A stretch of 62,392 nucleotides of DNA from an uncultured virus (IMG/VR IMGVR_UViG_3300010355_001052) (lineage: Duplodnaviria > Heunggongvirae > Uroviricota > Caudoviricetes). The notes beneath the pieces are model-generated. The model saw nothing but the letters and a program-made list of their open reading frames with translations, did not search any database and was not told the origin of the DNA. The stretch is taken from IMG/VR virus record IMGVR_UViG_3300010355_001052; one strand, given 5' to 3'. Of this stretch, positions 49,974 to 57,927 are shown in pieces (within the stretch, counting starts at the first letter, position 1; every line of letters begins with the position of its first letter). Made by a program: the position numbers and the translations under genes.

Positions 49974-50240
49974 ATGAAACGTGTTGACCTAGATGTATTC
50001 TCTAAACTGTCTGATGACAGTCAGGAGAAAGTTGTACAGATTATTCATATTGCTCAGATCCTTGAGAAGAAGGGTGTAGCTCCTCTTTCAGAGGAAGACT
50101 TTGATGAGTTATATGACAGAGATGTGCAGTACCTGCAAAACTTAGCAATTACTAATGCACATAGATTTGGAGTGCAAGCTCCACCAAGACCTAATGCTCA
50201 GAGACCACAACAACGTGAGTATCCTGATTGCCCAGATTAG
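49974..50240 (+). CDS. Early hypothetical protein (start MKRVDL)
   Basis: ATG after motif copy 9; terminator AGGAGAG-TGAT-CTCTCCT. Confidence 0.7.
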   Translation: MKRVDLDVFSKLSDDSQEKVVQIIHIAQILEKKGVAPLSEEDFDELYDRDVQYLQNLAITNAHRFGVQAPPRPNAQRPQQREYPDCPD

Positions 50241-50437
50241 GTCAGAGTAAATAGGAGAGTGATCTCTCCTTTTTTTTGTGTCTCCACTCCGTGGATCAGG
50301 GAGACTGAACATATGATTATCAGATAGTTAAAAATCTACTTTCTACAACAAATAATTTCTCCTCTATCCCAAGTTCTCTTCATAACCCATTATTAACTAT
50401 GTAGCGATATTGCTATATCAATTAAAAACCAATTTGT

Positions 50438-50887
50438 ATGAGCAAATTAAAATTAACAAAAATCAACCAGTACAGAACTGCAAAAGGAGTTTTGATGAAC
50501 ACTTACCGTGTTACTGGTAGCAAAGAAGCTGTTGCACAGTATGTGGCTGACCAAGCTTCAGTAGTCCGTAAAAACGGACAAACAGGTGCTAGTTTTGAAA
50601 TTGAGGGTGACCCAACTTCAGCTCCGCTGTATTGGTCTCAAGACCTTGGTGAGGAAATCTCACGCGGTAAGCAAGGAGGCTGGTTCATCAATGATGAACT
50701 TCAGGACGTGCTTATGTCACAAGCACAACGTGAGCGTGCACGCGGTAATGATGCTGTTGCTGACGCAATGATCTCTGCAATTGTTGCTGAGAAAGTAGCT
50801 AAAGCAAAAGCCATGCTGGCTTTCCGCTCTACACCAGCTCCGGTTACTTCTCCTGTCGGAGACAGCGCTGAGCTTGGTACTGTGTAG
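50438..50887 (+). CDS. Highly expressed early protein of unknown function
   Basis: Codon bias like the MCP gene; motif copy 10 upstream and a terminator downstream. Confidence 0.7.
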   Translation: MSKLKLTKINQYRTAKGVLMNTYRVTGSKEAVAQYVADQASVVRKNGQTGASFEIEGDPTSAPLYWSQDLGEEISRGKQGGWFINDELQDVLMSQAQRERARGNDAVADAMISAIVAEKVAKAKAMLAFRSTPAPVTSPVGDSAELGTV

Positions 50888-51428
50888 TGCTACGCACAAA
50901 GAAATATGGGGAGTGTCTTACGACACTCTCCTATTTTCTTTTTACTCTTTCAGAGAAATACATTTAACTTGTCGCGCGTAGCGCGTAGTACCCATTGCAG
51001 AGTGCAGTTACCAGATGTTAGACTTATTAACATGTGTGTGTTGAAAATAAAAAATAAAGAAATTGAATTGAATTCATTGATTATTAAAAATAAAACAGCT
51101 AACTTTACCCTGTAGAAGGAATAAAACAACTCTAGATTAAAGAAAAAGATCAAAGGAGTTAACTACTTAATCTCAACTTAATCATTAAAGTAAAGATTTA
51201 AGTAAAGAGTGTAAGTACTTGATTAACAAGACTTATTATCCCCCCTCACCAAATCATCCCTTTTCCAGATCAGCATAGAGGTCATCTAATAGTACTCATT
51301 ACGGCACTATATAGCTAACTGACCTTGAGTAACTCAATTAGCGTTTCTTTTTAATTAGGTTCTACAGCAGTAGCTGGTGGGTATCACTATATCCTAATCA
51401 ATCTTGTCTAACTTAATTACCATATAAT

Positions 51429-51632
51429 ATGGAGAAAATATTGATCTTCTTGATCATACTCTTTTTAGGTTATAGATATATGACTCAATCAGAGAAGGTA
51501 AATCATTATGAAGAATTTGAGTATCACATGATCCTTGATGGTAATTCAATCATAATAGAGAGTGACTTAGGTCAGTGTGATACAATACATGCTGATAGTC
51601 TGAACTCTTATCTTATCCAGGACAATCTTTAA
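51429..51632 (+). CDS. Small membrane-anchored protein
   Basis: N-terminal hydrophobic helix. Confidence 0.55.
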   Translation: MEKILIFLIILFLGYRYMTQSEKVNHYEEFEYHMILDGNSIIIESDLGQCDTIHADSLNSYLIQDNL

Positions 51633-51649
51633 AATACCCTAATCTAGTG

Positions 51650-52595
51650 TTTGCCGAGCTAGAATGCATACAGAAGCTGCATCTTTAGGTATCGGCTAAA
51701 TCTTTAAGTAGTTTAAAATAGTTTAAATGCTCCAAAGTGGGCCATTAATCATTAAGTATAGAGTAAACACTTCCACTAACCAGGAAGTTGAGGGAAACTT
51801 GAGAGGTTAATCTAGATACCTAGGTAACTAGAAGACTGGTTTAAGAGAGATTGCTGAAAAACATTTAGTGTAAATACACTATCTAAAACCTTATATCTGT
51901 GGTGGATAAGGGAACAGATAACTCATTTGAATAATACTACTTTAATCTTAATAAGTGCGGTGTACCCTACTTTGAATGGTGTGCTATCCTGTAAGTTACA
52001 GGCGTTTGCTGGTGTTCAGATAACCAGCTTCTTTTAATTATAGTCTTCAAAGTGGATGGACAGGTTCCAAGTTTCTCCAAGAGTTTACCACTAGAGAAGA
52101 AGATTAATCTAAATGATCCAGGACATGCTAAAGGGTATGTTGAAACCTGAGAAGGTTGAATTAAAGGGACATTGGGCTGTAATTATTTCATTTATCAAAG
52201 AACCTCCAGATCCTGGTTTGAGCAATGACTATACTATATATAAAGTATAGAGTGCTGTCGGGATCTTGGGTTCTTTTAATACTTCTTTCATCACTAACCC
52301 CACTAATACATTAGATTGTATTGTCGCGTTACCATGGAAGAGTTAATGTGAACAGTTGTGACGAAGTATAGCTCAGGCATGGGTCGGTGAAACTCCGTTA
52401 AATGAAGTTACAGCTGAACACATTTATTTGTATTTTTTATCTAACATAGCCTAGGTGTACCAAGGCCATTTACTGACAAATGATTTGTTCAGGATCTACA
52501 CCAAACTTATGAACTAAGTAGTGTTCAGGGGCTGAGATACTGGTTGGAATACCGCGACTATCTCTTAAATGAAATTCCTGCATAATCAGGGTGTA
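51650..52595 (+). ncRNA. About 950-nt non-coding block of successive structured RNA domains
   Basis: No long ORF. Closed domains at 51650-51700, 52035-52185 (TAATTATAGTC/GGCTGTAATTA), 52197-52276 and 52345-52424 (CAGTTGTGAC/GTTACAGCTG), plus others. Confidence 0.5.
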
Positions 52596-52628
52596 TTATT
52601 TTACTAACAATCTAAAACTTAAGATCGT

Positions 52629-53315
52629 ATGACACAGTTAAAGAAATGCCCAATAGTTATGCTTCCTACTAAAGAAGAAGCAAAGAATAGACTATGGACT
52701 CACCCTGATGGTAAATTACATTATAATCCTTATCCTTATGGAAGGATAGATAAAGCTTATCACCTCTACATCTTATCAGATGAACCTATTAAAGAAGGTG
52801 ATTATGCTGTTATAAAAGACTCAAAAACTGGTCTTAAAGAAACAGTTATTAAAGTAACTGCAACAGCATTAAGATATCTAAATGAAGAAGATAAGAAAAT
52901 CATTGCTACAACAGATACTTCATTAATGATTGGTTTTACTAATCCAAATGTAAATTCTATTTCTTTACCTCAACCATCACAATCTTTTATTGAGAAATAC
53001 ATTGAAAGATATAATGCTGGTGATCCTATTACTCATGTAATGGTAGAGTATGATGAAAGATTACCAGATAATCTACCTGTAAATACTGGTGGTAAAACTG
53101 TTAGTTTTTCAATGCAATTAGTATTAAAAGTAAATCCTAAAGACAACACTATTACTATCAGATCAGTAAAAGATACTTGGAGTAGAGAAGAGCATATTGC
53201 TGGTATTCTAAAATTCCAAACTGATCTTGATAACTACAGAAAAAGTTGTCATTACGGTCCTAATAAAAATGAAGAACAGAAATGGACTGAAAAATGGTTT
53301 GAAGAAAACCTTTAA
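52629..53315 (+). CDS. Conserved Bacteroidota-phage hypothetical protein
   Basis: HLYILSDEPIKEGD...KKIIATTD...LPQPSQSFIEKY...LKVNPKDNTITI motifs. Confidence 0.7.
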   Translation: MTQLKKCPIVMLPTKEEAKNRLWTHPDGKLHYNPYPYGRIDKAYHLYILSDEPIKEGDYAVIKDSKTGLKETVIKVTATALRYLNEEDKKIIATTDTSLMIGFTNPNVNSISLPQPSQSFIEKYIERYNAGDPITHVMVEYDERLPDNLPVNTGGKTVSFSMQLVLKVNPKDNTITIRSVKDTWSREEHIAGILKFQTDLDNYRKSCHYGPNKNEEQKWTEKWFEENL

Positions 53316-53320
53316 AAACT

Positions 53321-53526
53321 TAAACTACCTGCTGAAGATAAACAGTAACAAAACTTGAATAATAGTACCCGAGGATATGTAATTATGGGTTAACTTGCTA
53401 CTGCTAGTGTATGTATCATTGTTACAATCCTGCTAAGAGGATGTTGTTTATTGTAAGATATTTGCTGGAGGAGACACTCAACGAAAACGTAGCAAGTATT
53501 CCACTTAGAAATGGACAGGTAGTTTA
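53321..53526 (+). ncRNA. Pseudoknotted structured RNA
   Basis: 11-bp closing stem TAAACTACCTG/CAGGTAGTTTA with a crossing 9-bp pairing ACTTGCTAC/GTAGCAAGT. Confidence 0.55.
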
Positions 53527-53534
53527 TTTATCAT

Positions 53535-53604
53535 TGAGTAGTGGTGGTTCCATGTCTTTTAAATAAGATTTCTGTGACCTGGGTCGTATGGCTATCACTA
53601 CTCA
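53535..53604 (+). ncRNA. Stem-closed small RNA domain
   Basis: TGAGTAGTGGTGG/CTATCACTACTCA stem. Confidence 0.4.
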
Positions 53605-53840
53605 TTTTATCATTTAAGAATCTAATTAAGCTAGTTTATGAACAGCAACAATCCAGAGAAGACCCGTAGGTGGAACGTCTGGAAGTAAGAGGTGTGATTC
53701 CTTATTATGGATGTGCCTATAACAGGATACTAGCATGTTATATAATATACCTTAGTACTGAGGGAATTATCATTGCAGTGGTGAAACAAAGCCTGTTTTA
53801 TTTTTTTCCTAATCACATTATTAACTTAAAACTCATCAGT

Positions 53841-54086
53841 ATGGGAGACTGTGCAGAAGATCTTATCAATGGTGTTTGTGACGCACAAGGAGATTATACT
53901 CCTAGTTTCAAACCTAAACGTAGATACAGAAAAGATACACCGGCTGAAGCTAAGATCCGGAGTATTAGAAAAGAATTAGCTATTCTTATTCAGAAAAAAC
54001 AATTAGAGAATGATTCTCAGCCAGTTAATAATGCCAGAAAAGAGATTAATCTTAAATATGGTAAAGGTTGGAGAGAAGAATTTTAG
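53841..54086 (+). CDS. Hypothetical protein (start MGDCAED)
   Basis: ATG after an A-rich leader; the upstream GTG extension overlaps structured RNA. Confidence 0.65.
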   Translation: MGDCAEDLINGVCDAQGDYTPSFKPKRRYRKDTPAEAKIRSIRKELAILIQKKQLENDSQPVNNARKEINLKYGKGWREEF

Positions 54087-54108
54087 TCATTAACCTAAAC
54101 TCATTATT

Positions 54109-54249
54109 ATGAGATCACTAGAAGAATTAGAAGAACAGATTAAAGCTAAAGATAAACTAATAAAGCATCAGAAAGAGGTCATTACAATGTTAACTGCTGT
54201 ATTAATATCAACTTCTATTCTTATTGGATTTTACTCATTAATTAATTAA
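54109..54249 (+). CDS. 46-aa coiled-coil plus TM microprotein
   Basis: MRSLEELEEQIKAKDKLIKHQKEVITMLTAVLISTSILIGFYSLIN*. Confidence 0.55.
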   Translation: MRSLEELEEQIKAKDKLIKHQKEVITMLTAVLISTSILIGFYSLIN

Positions 54250-54255
54250 ACCATT

Positions 54256-54426
54256 ATGAAACTTGAAAAAGGTAATACACTAATAGTTCAAGAGAATTTT
54301 AGTATTACAAAAAAAAGATGTCAAGTCACAATAGTTGAGGTTAATGATCAAGATTTTTCTTGTCTAGTAAGATATAATACCGGATATGAAGAATGGCTTC
54401 CTATTAGTGCATTTGAAGGTTATTAA
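54256..54426 (+). CDS. 56-aa SH3/Tudor-like microprotein
   Basis: MKLEKGNTLIV...TIVEVN...LVRYNTGYEEWLPISAF*. Confidence 0.5.
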   Translation: MKLEKGNTLIVQENFSITKKRCQVTIVEVNDQDFSCLVRYNTGYEEWLPISAFEGY

Positions 54427-54510
54427 AGATCCTGTCAGGCTAAGCCAACAGAGAGTCAAATCGCGCCTGTATTGTTCAATTCCCATTGGTAGTATGGGCG
54501 CGAGGACTCA

Positions 54511-54910
54511 GTTAATGCACCACAACTCACGTAGATATAAAGACTTCTTAATAGAATAAGGTAGGAATACCGCAAGTAACCTGAATTAAGGGAAGTTGTA
54601 TAGAATAAAAGTGTTGACTCTTATTAGAGTTTATGTCTTGAAAGCAGACACCAATACAGGCTAAAGGCTCTTCTATATGATGATGGAATACTATTCTTAT
54701 TAAGATGTGAAACTACCTGATTAATAATTGTTAAAACTATAAGTGATGTACTTATAGGTTGCTTTATTGCAAAACCTCTAATCAGCTCCCAAGGGTGAGC
54801 AATTACAATAGTGTAAGTCCCGTGTTCTAAGTTGTCATAGTCTTAGTAAACACATATAAACTGAGTACATCTATGAGTGGAATACTATTATAACTGAGTT
54901 GCAGAGGGAC
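54511..54910 (+). ncRNA. Twister-ribozyme-like RNA with large peripheral insertions
   Basis: GT-TAA-TGCA-CC ... TCCCAAGG ... TGCA-GAGGG-AC supplies P1, L1, P2, T1 and T2 in the correct order. Confidence 0.55.
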
Positions 54911-54914
54911 AAAA

Positions 54915-54979
54915 TGGTTTACGACACAATCTCTTTGGAGAGGAGGGTCTGAGAATGGGTTCGAGTCCCTAGTAAACCA
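54915..54979 (+). other. tRNA-like element
   Basis: TGGTTTAC/GTAAACCA acceptor-like stem and GGG-TTCGAGT-CCC T-arm; no canonical D or anticodon arm. Confidence 0.45.
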
Positions 54980-55014
54980 CTAAATAATCAAATAATATTT
55001 AAAACAAGACAGTT

Positions 55015-55110
55015 ATGAATTACAGGATTCTAGTAAACATTTGTATAAAATGTAAGAATAAACTTGCCATAATTGATGATAAGTATTGTCAATTTTGTGC
55101 ACCAAAATAA
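55015..55110 (+). CDS. 31-aa zinc-ribbon microprotein
   Basis: CIKC...CQFC motifs. Confidence 0.4.
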   Translation: MNYRILVNICIKCKNKLAIIDDKYCQFCAPK

Positions 55111-55131
55111 TTAATACTAACTTATAACATT

Positions 55132-55548
55132 ATGAAAAAAGAATTTGTGCCTTATGAACAAGCATTAGCTCTTAAAGAATTAGGATTTGATAAACTTTGT
55201 ATAGCTCATTACAGACAAGGAACTACTTTGGTTGCACTTGGTCATGGGATAGCAGGTCTTTCATATAGTGATTTTAAAGATGAAGGTCAGGTACTAGCAC
55301 CAACATTTTCACAAGCATTTAGATGGTTTAGAGAGAAGTATGGTTTACTTTCCTGGATACAAAATATGGGAGATTTAAACCCAGAAGGTTTTACTTGGTA
55401 TATTCAAAGTATAAAAGGAATTGTATTAAATGAATACTCTGAGCCAAAGTTTAAAGATTGGTGTATGTCATTTAAATCTCCTGAAGAAGCTGAACTTGCC
55501 TGTCTAATTAAATTAATTGAAATATGTCGTACACAGAAATCCATCTAG
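55132..55548 (+). CDS. Conserved Bacteroidota-phage protein
   Basis: EFVPYEQALALKELGFD...APTFSQAFRWFREKY...EEAELACL.KLIE motifs. Confidence 0.7.
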   Translation: MKKEFVPYEQALALKELGFDKLCIAHYRQGTTLVALGHGIAGLSYSDFKDEGQVLAPTFSQAFRWFREKYGLLSWIQNMGDLNPEGFTWYIQSIKGIVLNEYSEPKFKDWCMSFKSPEEAELACLIKLIEICRTQKSI

Positions 55549-55898
55549 GAAAACTTAAAAAAGTAGAGTTAAAAGAAAATTATACTCTAGAAGATTGCTT
55601 CAAAGAAAAATTATCAGAAAAAGGTATACTTGATTTACCAGGTCATTATAGCAATTGGGAAGAATGCTTTAAAGATCAATTCAATGAAAAATACTTTGTT
55701 GTAGGAGACAGCATTTGGGAAGCAATAGAACATCAAGAAATTGAAGATGATGGTGATATCTATGATCTTAAAGAAAACTCAGATGGTACATTGTCATTTG
55801 TTATGAAATTCTACAATGGAGGAACCTGTTTATCTGAGTGTTTAGAAGAAGAACTAGAAAAACACATTAAAGAAAAGAACAATCCTGAACAAAATTAG
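55524..55898 (+). CDS. Acidic hypothetical protein
   Basis: FYNGGTCLSE motif; overlaps the previous ORF. Confidence 0.65.
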   Translation: MSYTEIHLGKLKKVELKENYTLEDCFKEKLSEKGILDLPGHYSNWEECFKDQFNEKYFVVGDSIWEAIEHQEIEDDGDIYDLKENSDGTLSFVMKFYNGGTCLSECLEEELEKHIKEKNNPEQN

Positions 55899-55943
55899 TG
55901 AGAGAACATCATCTTAGGATCATGGCAGACTCACCTAATGGAT

Positions 55944-56014
55944 AACCTGTTAGTATAGGGGCAGTATACCGGCCTACAAATCCGGGGACAGAGGTTCGAC
56001 TCCTCTACAGGTTA
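55944..56014 (+). tRNA. Atypical tRNA, anticodon ACA (Cys?)
   Basis: AACCTGT/ACAGGTT acceptor stem, CCGG-C-CTACAAA-T-CCGG anticodon arm, AGAGG-TTCGACT-CCTCT T-arm. Confidence 0.6.
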
Positions 56015-56042
56015 CAATTATTAATCTTAAAACCTTATTATT

Positions 56043-56270
56043 ATGAAACTTGAATTACTTATGAATCTTGAATTTCATGTTAGCTTCTTATTTGTTATGC
56101 TGTGTGGAGGAGCCCTTGTAGGATTTCTTATGACTGTTACAAATAATGAAGAAGAACCTGAATATCCTATGTGGATCAATATCTACTACAGTATGATCTT
56201 GTCTTTTTTAATGTTCTTATTTGGAGAATTCATATACTGGGGACTTGCTCTTATTGATTATCTTCTCTAA
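56043..56270 (+). CDS. Two-TM membrane protein
   Basis: Two hydrophobic helices. Confidence 0.6.
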   Translation: MKLELLMNLEFHVSFLFVMLCGGALVGFLMTVTNNEEEPEYPMWINIYYSMILSFLMFLFGEFIYWGLALIDYLL

Positions 56271-56275
56271 AATAT

Positions 56276-56403
56276 TGCCACAATATGCGGAAAAGGTTGA
56301 GTTAAGACAACATGTAAAAAGACAGTATGGCGTTGCCGATACTGATTCAGGTTAGTGCAGTTCTGACCTGGCGTGGGAACCACTGCAAGCCTCTATTGTG
56401 GCA
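56276..56403 (+). ncRNA. Multi-stem junction RNA
   Basis: TGCCACAATA/TATTGTGGCA closing stem enclosing four hairpins. Confidence 0.55.
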
Positions 56404-56422
56404 TACTTATTAAATTAAATTT

Positions 56423-56722
56423 ATGCGTAAAAGTACAATGATTGAATTACCTCAAGAACTTGAGGCATTAAACAAAGATGGTAAATATGATGAAATCATA
56501 GCTGAAGCTAAAGCTGGTGAATATCATGATTACAAAAATCAAAAGTATACCTGTGGTAAGGTAGCCGTAGTAGAAAAACTAAATGAATTCCCGGAGCTTA
56601 ATCACATTAGAAACGCTGTTATTAATGGTGACTATGATGAGTCTCCTGATGAAGATGACAAAGAAATGATGCGTAAAGATCTAGGTGATAACCCTGAGTT
56701 AGCTAAACTACTTGGGTTATAA
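56423..56722 (+). CDS. Acidic hypothetical protein
   Basis: AKAGEYHDYK and INGDYDES motifs. Confidence 0.7.
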   Translation: MRKSTMIELPQELEALNKDGKYDEIIAEAKAGEYHDYKNQKYTCGKVAVVEKLNEFPELNHIRNAVINGDYDESPDEDDKEMMRKDLGDNPELAKLLGL

Positions 56723-56736
56723 TTAATTACTAAAAA

Positions 56737-56929
56737 ATTGGTAGTAAAATTACAGAAGTATCACACAATCTATCCCATGTGCCCATATGCAAGAGTAATC
56801 GGTGCGTGGTTGTGGGAAGAGACTGCTGGCGGTCAGAATGGATTAAGTCCTACAACAGAGTAGGATTAGAAAATAGCGAGCCCATCCGTACTAGGCCCTG
56901 AAGGGTAAACAAAAGTGTGAGCTACCAAT
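56737..56929 (+). ncRNA. Multi-stem structured RNA, about 190 nt
   Basis: ATTGGTAGT/GCTACCAAT and TCACAC/GTGTGA closing stems; internal AGTCCTAC/GTAGGATT and CCC-TGAA-GGG hairpins. Confidence 0.55.
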
Positions 56930-56952
56930 ATTTATTATTAAAAAATTAAATT

Positions 56953-57504
56953 ATGTCATCAGTAAATTATTTTGATAAAAGAAGAGTGTATGGTATGCCA
57001 TCTTATTATCCCCCTTCCCCTCCTAACTATATAAGACTTTCTTGTGGTGTTTGTGGAGATAATTTTCCTACTACAGTGGATAGAGTTACTGGTAAACCAG
57101 AAGCTTATTTATGTGTAGATTGTAAAGACAAACTAGATAAAGATCCTCTAGTAGAAGGTGTTGAACTAAACCAAGAAGTTGATGAATTGCTACAAGAAGC
57201 AGAAGATCATTTTAATGGTGTAGTAAGACCAAAAAAGATTAAAGAAACACCACTTGAAGAACTTGACAGAGCTCCTTGGGCTAGTAAGCCTAGTGAGGAG
57301 TTTAAAACTGTTCAAGATGCTATTGATCAGTTTGAACAAGATAGACAAGATTCTTTTTCTAATATGAATCAAAGACCACAGCCACAATCACAATCACAAG
57401 ATCAAAAACCTAAAAAGAATCATGATTGGTGGAAAATCTTTGGTATCATTCTTATTACAGCAGTTGTTACAGCATTCTTCACAACCTTATTTCATGTGTT
57501 ATGA
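56953..57504 (+). CDS. Zn-finger protein with C-terminal TM anchor
   Basis: CGVC...CVDC motifs and a C-terminal hydrophobic helix. Confidence 0.65.
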   Translation: MSSVNYFDKRRVYGMPSYYPPSPPNYIRLSCGVCGDNFPTTVDRVTGKPEAYLCVDCKDKLDKDPLVEGVELNQEVDELLQEAEDHFNGVVRPKKIKETPLEELDRAPWASKPSEEFKTVQDAIDQFEQDRQDSFSNMNQRPQPQSQSQDQKPKKNHDWWKIFGIILITAVVTAFFTTLFHVL

Positions 57505-57707
57505 GTAGTTATGTAAGTTCATTCAGAGAACTATATTCTAAAGGTACTACATTATCTGTGTCATATGCAAAACAATCTTATGATTATTTTGATCCTACAA
57601 CATACACTATAAAACGTCATGTAGAAATGGTTCATGATAATATAGAAAAAGAGCTTAAAAAACTTGAAACTTACTTAACTCTTGAATCATTAATTAAACC
57701 TAAGTAA
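57501..57707 (+). CDS. Microprotein, shared C-terminal helix family (start MSSYV)
   Basis: ATGA overlap with the upstream stop; ends DNIEKELKKLETYL. Confidence 0.6.
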   Translation: MSSYVSSFRELYSKGTTLSVSYAKQSYDYFDPTTYTIKRHVEMVHDNIEKELKKLETYLTLESLIKPK

Positions 57708-57708
57708 A

Positions 57709-57927
57709 ATGGAAATAGGAGATCATGATCCATATAGACATACTTACATATGTTTATTATGTGGTCATAATAGAGGTATGCACAAAGCTAGAACTCTAGA
57801 ATGTCCTGGTACCTGGAAAAATACTTTTCAAAATCAATATTTTTTACTTTCTAATATTGAAAAGTATGAAGAAGAAATTAGTAAAATGCTTATAAAAGCC
57901 CGTATTTATTATGCAGGAAGGTGTTGA
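57709..57927 (+). CDS. Microprotein, CxxC-H-C plus shared C-terminal helix
   Basis: CLLCGH...H....C; EEEISKMLIKA. Confidence 0.6.
   Translation: MEIGDHDPYRHTYICLLCGHNRGMHKARTLECPGTWKNTFQNQYFLLSNIEKYEEEISKMLIKARIYYAGRC

Larger units (their letters stand above)
48270..50394 (+). promoter_or_regulatory. Ten copies of a putative phage early promoter, consensus (A)TA(A/G)CCCATTATT
   Basis: Copies start at 48270, 48486, 48580, 48823, 49046, 49369, 49541, 49862, 49945 and 50382. Most directly follow a terminator and precede an ATG by about 16-45 nt. Confidence 0.75.

Noticed and set aside
48270..50394. CRISPR array interpretation of the repeated motif
   Set aside because: Repeats are only about 13 bp with irregular 80-440 bp spacing that contains ORFs and terminators; no cas genes.
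51721..51768. Second twister ribozyme (TAAATGC...AGAGTAAAC)
   Set aside because: It lacks an L4 loop able to form the T1 and T2 pseudoknots.
53331..53337. Hammerhead ribozyme suggested by CTGAAGA (and CTGATGA at about 48200)
   Set aside because: No correctly placed GAAA, stem III and NUH cleavage triplet could be built.
53650..53683. SAM-I riboswitch suggested by ATCCAGAG
   Set aside because: The downstream kink-turn, GCAACC and P4 elements are absent.
53670..53840. N-terminal extension of the 138-aa ORF, and similar extensions at 48137, 49498, 49938, 57426 and 35971
   Set aside because: Downstream ATGs with A-rich leaders or promoter motifs are better starts, and the extensions overlap terminators, RNA structures or other genes.
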